Assembly: GCA_964016885.1 (NCBI GenBank)
Contig: OZ024742.1
Coordinates: forward strand, 24,490,001 to 24,554,000
DNA: 64,000 nt
Direction: 5' to 3'
DNA from: Eledone cirrhosa
Lineage: Eukaryota
In this document: in pieces, positions 51,501-63,500 of the stretch
Position numbering within the stretch: the first letter of the stretch is position 1
Layout: the number at the start of each line of letters is the position of its first letter
Position numbers and translations under genes: made by a program
Notes under the pieces: model-generated
Told to the model about the DNA's origin: nothing
The model's input: only the letters and a program-made list of their open reading frames with translations
Databases searched by the model: none

Positions 51501-54500
51501 TGCTGTGGATTGTGGCCTGTTGCTGTGTTGCTGAAGGTATGAGATGACTGCTGTGGATTGTGGCCTGTTGCTGTGTGGCTGAAGGTATGAGCTGACTGCT
51601 GTGGATTGTGGCCTGTTGTTGTGAGGCTGAAGGTATGAGATGACTGCTGTGGATTGTGGCTTGTTGTTGTGAGGCTGAAGGTATGAGATGATTGCTGTGG
51701 ATTGTGGCCTGTTGCAGTAAGGCTGAAGGTATGAGATGACTGCTGTGGATTGTGGCCTGCTGCTGTAGGCTGAAGGTATGAGATGACTGCTGTGGATTGA
51801 GGCTTGTTGTTGTGAGGCTGAAGGTATGAGATGAGTGCTGTGGATTGTGGCTTGTTGTCGTGAGGCTGAAGGTATGAGATGACTGCTGTGGATTGTGGCC
51901 TGTTGCTGTAAGGCTGAAGGTATGAGATGACTGCTGTGGATTGTGGCCTGCTGCTGTAAGGCTGAAGGTATGAGATGACTGCTGTGGATTGTGGCCTGCT
52001 GCTGTAAGGCTGAAGGTATGAGATGACTGCTGTGGATTGTGGCCTGTTGCTGTAAGGCTGAAGGTATGAGATGACTGCTGTGGATTGTGGCCTGTTGCTG
52101 TAAGGCTGAAGTTATGAGATGACTGCTGTGGATTGTGGCCTGCTGCTGTAAGGCTGAAGGTATGAAATGACTGCTGTGGATTGTGGCTTGTTGTTGTGAG
52201 GCTGAATGTATGAGATGACTGCTGTGGATGGTGGCCTGCTGCAGTAAGGCTGAAGGTATGAGATGACTGCTGTGGATTGTGGCATGTTGCTGTAAGGCTG
52301 ATGGTATGAGATGACTGCTGTGGATTGTGGCCTGTTGCTGTAAGACTGAAGGTATGAGATGACTGCTGCGGATTGTAGCCTGCTGCTGTAAGGCTGAAGG
52401 TATGAGATAACTGCTGTCGATTGTGGCCTGATGCTGTAAGCCTGAAGGTATGAGATCACTGCTGTGGATTGTGGCCTGTTGCTGTGAGGCTGAAACTATG
52501 AGATGACTGCTGTGCATTGTGGCCTGTTGCTGTAAGGCTGAAGGTAGGAGATGACTGTTGTGGATTGTGGCCTGTTGCTGAGTGGCTGAAGGTATGAGAT
52601 GACTGCTGTGGATTGTGGCCTGTTGCTGTAAGACTGAAGCTATGAGATGACTGCTGTGGATTGTTGCCTGTTGCTGTAAGGCGGAAGCTATGAGATGAAT
52701 GCTGTGGATTGTGGCCTGTTGCTGTGTGGCTGAAGGTATGAGCTAACTGCTGTGGATTGTGGCCTGTTGCTGTAAGCCTGAAGATATGAGATGACGGCTC
52801 TGGATTGTGGCCTGTTGCTGTAAGGCTGAAGGTATGAGATGACTGCTGTGGATTGTGGCATGTTGCTGTGTGGCTGAAGGTATGAGATGACTGCTGTGGA
52901 TTGTGGCCTGTTGCTTAGTGGCTCAAGGTATGAGATGACTGATGTGGATTGTTGCCTGTTGTTGTGAGGCTGAAAATATGAGATGACTGCTGTGGATTGT
53001 GGCTTGTTGTTGTGAGGCTGAAGGTATCAGATGACTGCTGTGGATTGTGGATTGTTGTTGTGAGGCTGAAGGTATGAGATGACTGCTGTGGATTGTGGGC
53101 GGCTGATGTAAGACTGAAGGCATGAGATGACTGCTGTGGATTGTGGCCTGTTGCTGTAAGGCTGAAGGTATGAGATGTCTGCTGTGGATAGTGGCCTGCT
53201 GCTGTAAGGCTGAAGGTATGAGATGACTGCTGTGGATTGTGGCCTGTTGTTGTGAGGCTGAAGGTGTGAGATGACTGCTGTGGATTGTGGCTTGTTGTTG
53301 TGAGGCTGAAGGTATGAGATGACTGCTGTGGATTGTGGCTTGTTGTTGTGAGGCTGAAGGTATGAGATGACTGCTGTGGATTGTGGCTTGTTGTTGTGAG
53401 GCTGAAGGTTTGAGATGACTGCTGTGGATTGTGGCCTGCTGCTGTAAGGCTGAAGGTATGAGATGACTGCTGTGGATTGTGGCCTGTTGCTGTGTGGCTG
53501 AAGGTATGAGCTGACTGCTGTGGATTGTGGCCTGTTGTTGTGAGGCTGACTGTATGAGATGACTGCTGTGGATTGTGGCTTGTTGTTGTGAGGCTGAAGG
53601 TATGAGATGACTGCTGTGGATTGTGGCCTGTTGTTGTGAGGCTGAAGGTGTGAGATGACTGCTGTGGATTGTGGCTTGTTGTTGTGAGGCTGAAGGTATG
53701 AGATGACTGCTGTGGATTGTGGCTTGTTGTTGTGAGGCTGAAGGTATGAGATGACTGCTGTGGATTGTGGCTTGTTGTTGTGAGGCTGAAGGTTTGAGAT
53801 GACTGCTGTGGATTGTGGCCTGCTGCTGTAAGGCTGAAGGTATGAGATGACTGCTGTGGATTGTGGCCTGCTGCTGTAAGGCTGAAGGTATGAGATGACT
53901 GCTGTGGATTGAGGCTTGTTGTTGTGAGGCTGAAGGTATGAGATGACTGCTGTGGATTGTGGCTTGTTGTCGTGAGGCTGAAGGTATGAGATGACTGCTG
54001 TGGATTTTGGCCTGTTGCTGTAAGACTGAAGGTATGAGATGACTGCTGTGGATTGTGGCATGTTGCTGTGTGGCTGAAGGTATGAGATGACTACTGTGGA
54101 TTGTGGCCTGTTGCTGTGTGGCTGAAGGTATGAGATGACTGCTGTGAATTGTGGCCTGTTGCTGAGTGACTGAAGGTATGAGATGACTGCTGTGGATTGT
54201 GGCCTGTTGCTGTAAGGCTGAAGGCATGAGATGACTGCTGTGGATTGTGGCCTGTTGCTGTGAGGCTGAAGGTATGAGATGACTGCTGTGGATTGTGGCC
54301 TGCTGCTGTAAGGCTGAAGGTATGAGATGACTGCTGTAGATTGTGGCCTGCTGCTGTAAGGCTGAAATATGAGATGACTGCTGTGGATTGTGGCTTGTTG
54401 TTGTGAGGCTGAAGGTATGAGATGACTGATGTGGATTGTGGCTTGTTGTTGTGAGGCTGAAGGTATGAGAAGACTGCTGTGGATTGTGGCTTGTTGTTGT

Positions 54501-57500
54501 GAGGCTGAAGGTATGAGATGACTGCTGTGGATTGTGGCTTGTTGTTGTGAGGCTGAAGGTATGAGATGAAAGCTGTTGATTGTGGCTTGTTGTTGTGAGA
54601 CTGAAGGTATGAGATGACTGCTGTGGATTTTGGCCTGTTGCTGTAAGACTGAAGGTATGAGATGACTGCTGTGGATTGTGGCATGTTGCTGTGTGGCTGA
54701 AGGTATGAGATGACTACTGTCGATTGTGGCCTGTTGCTGTGTGGCTCAAGGTATGAGATGACTGCTGTGAATTGTGGCCTGTTGCTGAGTGACTGAAGGT
54801 ATGAGATGACTGCTGTGGATTGTGGCCTGTTGCTGTAAGGCTGAAGGCATGAGATGACTGCTGTGGATTGTGGCCTGTTGCTGTGAGGCTGAAGGTATGA
54901 GATGACTGCAGTGGATTGTGGTTTGGTGCTGAGTGGCTGAAGGTATGAGATTACTGCTGTGGATTGTGGACTGTTGCTGAGTGACTGAAGGTATGAGATG
55001 ACTGCTGTGGATTGTGGCCTGTTGCTGTGTGGCTGAAGGTATGATATGACTACTGTGGATTGTGGCCTGTTGCTGTGTGGCTGAAGGCATGAGACAACTG
55101 CTGTGGATTGTGGCCTGTTGCTGTAAGGCTGAAGGTATGAAATGACTGCTGTGGATTGTGGCCTGTTGCTGTGTGGCTGAAGGTATGAGACAACTGCTGT
55201 GGATTGTGGCCTGTTGCTGTAAGGCTGAAGGTATGATATGACTACTGTGGATTGTGGCCTGTTGCTGTGTGGCTGAAGGCATGAGACAACTGCTGTGGAT
55301 TGTGGCCTGTTGCTGTAAGGCTGAAGGTATGAAATGACTGCTGTGGATTGTGGCCTGTTGCAGTAAGGCTGAAGGTATGAGATGACTGCTGTGGATTGTG
55401 GCCAGTTGCTGTGTGGCTGAAGATATGAGATGACTGCTGTGGATTGTGGCATGTTGCTATGTGGCTGAAGGTATGAGCTGACTGCTGTGGATTGTGGCCT
55501 GTTGTTGTGAGGCTGAAGTTATGAGATGACTGCTGTGGATTGTGGCTTGTTGTTGTGAGGCTGAAGGTATGAGATGATTGCTGTGGATTGTGGCCTGTTG
55601 CAGTAAGGCTGAAGGTATGAGATGACTGCTGTGGATTGTGGCCTGCTGCTGTAAGGCTGAAGGTATGAGATGACTGCTGTGGATTGAGGCTTGTTGTCGT
55701 GAGGCTGAAGGTATGAGATGACTGCTGTGGATTGTGGCTTGTTGTCGTGAGGCTGAAGGTATGAGATGACTGCTGTGGATTGTGGCCTGTTGTTGTGAGG
55801 CTGAAGGTATGAGATGATTGCTGTGGATTGTGGCCTGTTGCAGTAAGGCTGAAGGTATGAGATGACTGCTGTGGATTGTGGCCTGCTGCTGTAAGGCTGA
55901 AGGTATGAGATGACTGCTGTGGATTGAGGCTTGTTGTCGTGAGGCTGAAGGTATGAGATGACTGCTGTGGATTGTGGCTTGTTGTCGTGAGGCTGAAGGT
56001 ATGAGATGACTGCTGTGGATTGTGGCCTGCTGTTGTAAGGCTGAAGGTATGAGATGACTGCTGTGGATTGTGGCCTGCTGCTGTAAGGCTGAAGGTATGA
56101 GATGACTGCTGTGGATTGAGGCTTGTTGTTGTGAGGCTGAAGGTATGAGATGACTGCTGTGGATTGTGGCTTGTTGTCGTGAGGCTGAAGGTATGAGATG
56201 ACTGCTGTGGATTGTGGCCTGTTGCTGTAAGGCTGAAGGTATGAGATGACTGCTGTGGATTGTGGCCTGCTGCTGTAAGGCTGAAGGTATGAGATGACTG
56301 CTGTGGATTGTGGCCTGCTGCTGTAAGGCTGAAGGTATGAGATGACTGCTGTGGATTGTGGCCTGCTGCTGTAAGGCTGAAGGTATGAGATGACTGCTGT
56401 GGATTGTGGCCTGCTGCTGTAAGGCTGAAGGTATGAGATGACTGCTGTGGATTGTGGCCTGCTGTTGTAAGGCTGAAGGTATGAGATGACTGCTGTGGAT
56501 TGTGGCCTGTTGTTGTTAGGCTGAAGGTATGAGATGACTGCTGTGGATTGTGGCTTGTTGTCGTGAGGCTGAAGGTATGAGATGACTGCTGTGGATTGTG
56601 GCCTGTTGCTGTAAGGCTGAAGGTATGAGATGACTGCTGTGGATTGTGGCCTGCTGCTGTAAGGCTGAAGGTATGAGATGACTGCTGTGGATTGTGGCTT
56701 GTTGTTGTGAGGCTGAATGTATGAGATGACTGCTCTGGATGGTGGCCTGCTGCAGTAAGGCTGAAGGTATGAGATGACTGCTGTGGATTGTGGCATGTTG
56801 CTGTAAGGCTGATGGTATGAGATTACTGCTGTGGATTGTGGCCTGTTGCTGTAAGACTGAAGGTATGAGATGACTGCTGTGGATTGTAGCCTGCTGCTGT
56901 AAGGCTGAAGGTATGAGATAACTGCTGTGGATTGTGGCCTGCTGCTGTAAGCCTGAAGGTATGAGATCACTGCTGTGGATTGTGGCCTGTTGCTGTGAGG
57001 CTGAAACTATGAGATGACTGCTGTGCATTGTGGCCTGTTGCTGTAAGGCTGAAGGTAGGAGATGACTGCTGTGGATTGTGGCCTGTTGCTGAGTGGCTGA
57101 AGGTATGAGATGACTGCTGTGGATTGTGGCCTGTTGCTGTAAGACTGAAGCTATGAGATGACTGCTGTGGATTGTTGCCTGTTGCTGTAAGGCGGAAGCT
57201 ATGAGATGAATGCTGTGGATTGTGGCCTGTTGCTGTGTGGCTGAAGGTATGAGCTAACTGCTGTGGATTGTGGCCTGTTGCTGTAAGCCTGAAGATATGA
57301 GATGACGGCTCTGGATTGTGGCCTGTTGCTGTAAAGCTGAAGGTATGAGATGACTGCTGTGGATTGTGGCATGTTGCTGTGTTGCTGAAGGTATGAGATG
57401 ACTGCTGTGGATTGTGGCCTGTTGCTTAGTGGCTCAAGGTATGAGATGACTGATGTGGATTGTTGCCTGTTGTTGTGAGGCTGAAAATATGAGATGACTG

Positions 57501-60500
57501 CTGTGGATTGTGGCTTGTTGTTGTGAGGCTGAAGGTATCAGATGACTGCTGTGGATTGTGGATTGTTGTTGTGAGGCTGAAGGTATGAGATGACTGCTGT
57601 GGATTGTGGGCGGCTGCTGTAAGACTGAAGGTATGAGATGACTGCTGTGGATTGTGGCCTGTTGCTGTAAGGCTGAAGGTATGAGATGTCTGCTGTGGAT
57701 AGTGGCCTGCTGCTGTAAGGCTGAAGGTATGAGATGACTGCTGTGGATTGTGGCCTGTTGTTGTGAGGCTGAAGGTGTGAGATGACTGCTGTGGATTGTG
57801 GCTTGTTGTTGTGAGGCTGAAGGTATGAGAAGACTGCTGTGGATTGTGGCTTGTTGTTGTGAGGCTGAAGGTATGAGATGACTGCTGTGGATTGTGGCTT
57901 GTTGTTGTGAGGCTGAAGGTTTGAGATGACTGCTGTGGATTGTGGCCTGCTGCTGTAAGGCTGAAGGTATGAGATGACTGCTGTGTATTGTGGCCTGTTG
58001 CTTGAAGGTAGGTGATGACTGCTGTGGTTTGTGGCCGGCTGCTGTAAGGCTGAAGGTATGAGATGACTGCTGTGGATTGTGGCCTACTGCTTTAAGGCTG
58101 AAGGTAGGAGATGTCTGCTGTGGATTGTGGCTTGTTGCTGTAAGACTGAAGCTATGAGATGACTGCTGTGGATTGTAGCCTGTTGCTGTAAGTCTGAAGG
58201 TATGAGATGACTGCTGTGGATTGTGGCATGTTGCTGTAAGGCTGAAGGTATGAGATGACTGCTGTGGATTGTGGCCTGTTGCTGTAAGACTGAAGGTATG
58301 AGATGACTGCTGTGGATTGTAGCCTGCTGCTGTAAGGCTGAAGGTATGAGATAACTGCTGTGGATTGTGGCCTGTTGCTGTAAGGCTGAAGGTATGAGAT
58401 GACTGCTGTGGACTGTTGCCTGTTGCTGTGAGGCTGAAACTATGAGATGAGTGCTGTGGATTGTGGTCTGTTGCTGTAAGGCTGAAGGTAGGAGATGACT
58501 GCTGTGGATTGAGGCTTGTTGCTGTAAGACTGAAGCTATGAGATGACTGCTGTGGATTGTTGGCTGTTGCTGTAAGGCTGAAGGAAGGAGATGACTGCTG
58601 TGGATTGAGGCTTGTTGCTGTAAGGCTGAAGGTATGAGATGACTGCTGTGGACTCTGGCCTGTTGCTGTAAGGCTGAAGGTATGAGATAACTCTGTGGAT
58701 TGTGGCCTGTTGCTGTGTGGCTGAAGGTATGAGATGACGGCTGTGGATTGTTGCATGTTGCTGTGTGGCTGAAGGTATGAGATGACTGCTATGGATTGTG
58801 GCCTGTTGCTTAGTGGCTCAAGGTATGAAATGACTGCTGTGTATTGTGGCCTTTTGTTGTGAGGCTGAAAATATGAGATGACTGCTGTGGATTGTGGCTT
58901 GTTGTTGTGAGGCTGAAGGTATGAGATGACTGCTGTGGATTGTGGCCTGTTGCTGTAAGGCTGAAGGTATGAGATGACTGCTGTGGATTGTGGCTTGTTG
59001 TTGTGAGGTTGAAGGTATGAGATGACTGCTGTGGATTGTGGCCTGTTGCTGTAAGGCTGAAGGTATGAGATGACTGCTGTGGATTGTGGCCTGCTGCTGT
59101 AAGGCTGAAGGTATGACATGACTGCTGTGGATTGTGGCCTGCTGCTGTAAGACTGAAGGTATGAGATGACCGCTGTGGATTGTGGCTTGTTGTTGTGAGG
59201 CTGAAGGTATGAGATGAATGCTGTGGATTGTGGCTTGTTGTTGTGAGGCTGAAGGTATGAGATGACTGCTGTGGATTGTGGCCTGTTGCTCTAAGACTGA
59301 AGGTATGAGATCACTGCTGTGGATTGTGGCCTGTTGCTGTAAGGCTGAAGGTATGAAATGACTGCTGTGGACTGTGGCCTGTTGCTGTGAGGCTGAAACT
59401 ATAAGATGACTGCTGTGGATTGTGGCCTGTTGCTGTAAGGCTGAAGGTAGGAGATGACTGCTGTGGATTGTGGCCTGTTGCTGTAAGACTGAAGCTATGA
59501 GATGACTGCTGTGGATTGTGGCCTGTTGCTGTAAGATTGAAGCTATGAGATGACTGCTGTGGATTGTTGCCTCTTGCTGTAAGGCGGAAGCTATGAGATG
59601 CATGCTGTGGACTGTGGCCTGTTGCTGTGTGGCTGAAGGTATGAGCTAAGTGCTGTGGATTGTGGCCTGTTGCTGTAAGCCTGAAGATATGAGATGACGG
59701 CTCTGGATTGTCGCTTGTTGCTGTAAGGCTGAAGGGATGAGATTACTTTGTGGATTGTGGCCTGTTGCTGTGTGGCTGAAGGTATGAGATGACTGCTGTG
59801 GATTGTGGCATGTTGCTGTGTGGCTGAAGGTATGAGATGACTGCTGTGGATTGTGGCCTGTTGCTTAGTGGCTCAAGGTATGAGATGACTGATGTCGATT
59901 GTGGCCTGTTGTTGTGAGGCTGAAAATATGAGATGACTGCTGTGGATTGTGGCTTGTTGTTGTGAGGCTGAAGGTATGAGATGACTGCTGTGGATTGTGG
60001 ATTGTTGTTGTGAGGCTGAAGGTATGAGATGACTGCTGTGGATTGTGGCCTGCTGCTGTAAGGCTGAAGGTATGAGATGACTGCTGTGGATTGTGGCCTG
60101 CTGCTGTAAGGCTGAAGGTATGAGATGACTGCTGTGGATTGTGGCCTGCTGCTGTAAGGCTGAAGGTATGAGATGACTGCTGTGGATTGTGGCCGGCTGC
60201 TGTAAGGCTGAAGGTATGAGATGACTGCTGTGGATTGTGGCCTGTTCCTGTAAGGCTGAAGGTATGAGATGTCTGCTGTGGATAATGGCCTGCTGCTGTA
60301 AGGCTGAAGTATGAGATGACTGCTGTGGATTGTGGCCTGTTGTTGTGAGGCTGAAGGTATGAGATGACTGCTGTGGATTGTGGCTTGTTGTTGTGAGGCT
60401 GAAGGAATGAGATTACTGCTGTGGATTGTGGCTTGTTGTTGTGAGGCTGAAGGTATGAGATGACTGCTGTGTATTGTGGCTTGTTGTTGTGAGGTTGAAG

Positions 60501-63500
60501 GTTTGAGATGACTGCTGTGGATTGTGGCCTGCTGCTGTAAGGCTGAAGGTATGAGATGACTGCTGTGTATTGTGGCCTGTTGCTTGAAGGTAGGTGATGA
60601 CTGCTGTGGATTGTGGCCTGCTGCTGTAAGGCTGAAGGTATGAGATGACTGCTGTGGACTGTGGCCTACTGCTGTAAGGCTGAAGGTAGGAGATGTCTGC
60701 TGTGGATTGTGGCCGGTTGCTGTAAGGCTGAAGGTATGAGATGACTGCTGTGGACTGTGGCCTACTGCTGTAAGGCTGAAGGTATGAGATGACTGCTGTG
60801 GATTGTGGCCTGTTACTTGAAGGTAGGAGATGACTGCTGTGGATTGTGGCCTGTTGCTGTAAGGCTGAAGGTATGAGAAGACTGCTGTGGATTGTGGCCT
60901 GTTGCTGTAAGACTGAAGGTATGAGATGACTGCTGTGGATTGTAGCCTGCTGTTGTAAGGCTGAAGGTATGAGATAACTGCTGTGGATTGTGGCCTGCTG
61001 TTGTAAGGCTGAAGGTATGAGATCACTGCTGTGGATTGTGGCCTGTTGCTGGAAGGCTGAAGGTATAAGATGACTGCTGTGGACTGTGGCCTGTTGCTGT
61101 GAGGCTGAAACTATGAGATGAGTGCTGTGGATTGTGGCCTGTTGCTGTAAGGCTGAAGGAAGGAGATGACTGCTGTGGATTGAGGCTTGTTGCTGTAAGA
61201 CTGAAGGTATGAGATGACTGCTGTGGATTGTGGCCTGTTGCTGTAAGGCTGAAGGTATGAGATGACTGCTGTGGATTGTGGCATGTTGCTGTAAGACTGA
61301 AGGTATGAGATGACTGCTGTGGACTGTGGCCTACTGCTGTAAGGCTGAAGGTAGGAGATGTCTGCTGTGGATTGTGGCCGGTTGCTGTAAGGCTGAAGGT
61401 ATGAGATGACTGCTGTGGACTGTGGCCTACTGCTGTAAGGCTGAAGGTATGAGATGACTGCTGTGGATTGTGGCCTGTTACTTGAAGGTAGGAGATGACT
61501 GCTGTGGATTGTGGCCTGTTGCTGTAAGGCTGAAGGTATGAGAAGACTGCTGTGGATTGTGGCCTGTTGCTGTAAGACTGAAGGTATGAGATGACTGCTG
61601 TGGATTGTGGCCTGTTGTTGTGAGGCTGAAAATATGAGATGACTGCTGTGGATTGTGGCTTGTTGTTGTGAGGCTGAAGGTATGAGACGACTGCTGTGGA
61701 TTGTGGCCTGTTGCTGTAAGGCTGAAGGTATGAGATGACTGCTGTGGATTGTGGCTTGTTGTTGTGAGGCTGAAGGTATGAGATGACTGCTGTGGATTGT
61801 GGCTTGTTGTTGTGAGGCTGAAGGTATGAGATGACTGCTGTGGATTGTGGCTTGTTGTGAGGTTGAAGGTATGAGATGACTGCTGTGGATTGTGGCCTGT
61901 TGCTGTAAGGCTGAAGGTATGAGATGACTGCTGTGGATTGTGGCCTGCTGCTGTAAGGCTGAAGGTATGAGATGACTGCTGTGGATTGTGGCCTGCTGCT
62001 GTAAGGCTGAAGGTATGAGATGACTGCTGTGGATTGTGGCTTGTTGTTGTGAGGCTAAAGGTATGAGATGACTGCTGTGGATTGTGGCCTGCTGCTGTAA
62101 GGCTGAAGGTATGAGATGACCGCTGTGGATTGTGGCTTGTTGTGAGGCTGAATGTATGAGATGACTGCCGTGGATTGTGGCTTGTTGTGAGGCTGAATGT
62201 ATGAGATGACTGCTGTGGATTGTGGCTTGTTGTGAGGTTGAAGGTATGAGATGACTGCTGTGGATTGTGGCCTGTTGCTGTAAGGCTGAAGGTATGAGAA
62301 GACTGCTGTGGATTGTGGCCTGTTGCTGTAAGACTGAAGGTATGAGATGACTGCTGTGGATTGTGGCCTGTTGTTGTGAGGCTGAAAATATGAGATGACT
62401 GCTGTGGATTGTGGCTTGTTGTTGTGAGGCTGAAGGTATGAGACGACTGCTGTGGATTGTGGCCTGTTGCTGTAAGGCTGAAGGTATGAGATGACTGCTG
62501 TGGATTGTGGCTTGTTGTTGTGAGGCTGAAGGTATGAGATGACTGCTGTGGATTGTGGCTTGTTGTTGTGAGGCTGAAGGTATGAGATGACTGCTGTGGA
62601 TTGTGGCTTGTTGTGAGGTTGAAGGTATGAGATGACTGCTGTGGATTGTGGCCTGTTGCTGTAAGGCTGAAGGTATGAGATGACTGCTGTGGATTGTGGC
62701 CTGCTGCTGTAAGGCTGAAGGTATGAGATGACTGCTGTGGATTGTGGCCTGCTGCTGTAAGGCTGAAGGTATGAGATGACTGCTGTGGATTGTGGCTTGT
62801 TGTTGTGAGGCTAAAGGTATGAGATGACTGCTGTGGATTGTGGCCTGCTGCTGTAAGGCTGAAGGTATGAGATGACTGCTGTGGATTGTGGCCTGCTGCT
62901 GTAAGGCTGAAGGTATGAGATGACCGCTGTGGATTGTGGCTTGTTGTGAGGCTGAATGTATGAGATGACTGCCGTGGATTGTGGCTTGTTGTGAGGCTGA
63001 ATGTATGAGATGACTGCTGTGGATTGTGGCCTACTGCTGTAAGGCTGAAGGTAGGAGATGTCTGCTGTTGGATTGTGGCCGGTTGCTGTAAGGCTGAAGG
63101 TATGAGATGACTGCTGTGGATTGTGGCCTGTTGTTGTGAGGCTGAAGGTATGAGATGACTGCTGTGGATTGTGGCTTGTTGTTGTGAGGCTGAAGGAATG
63201 AGATTACTGCTGTGGATTGTGGCTTGTTGTTGTGAGGCTGAAGGTATGAGATGACTGCTGTGTATTGTGGCTTGTTGTTGTGAGGTTGAAGGTTTGAGAT
63301 GACTGCTGTGGATTGTGGCCTGCTGCTGTAAGGCTGAAGGTATGAGATGACTGCTGTGTATTGTGGCCTGTTGCTTGAAGGTAGGTGATGACTGCTGTGG
63401 ATTGTGGCCTGCTGCTGTAAGGCTGAAGGTATGAGATGACTGCTGTGGACTGTGGCCTACTGCTGTAAGGCTGAAGGTAGGAGATGTCTGCTGTGGATTG

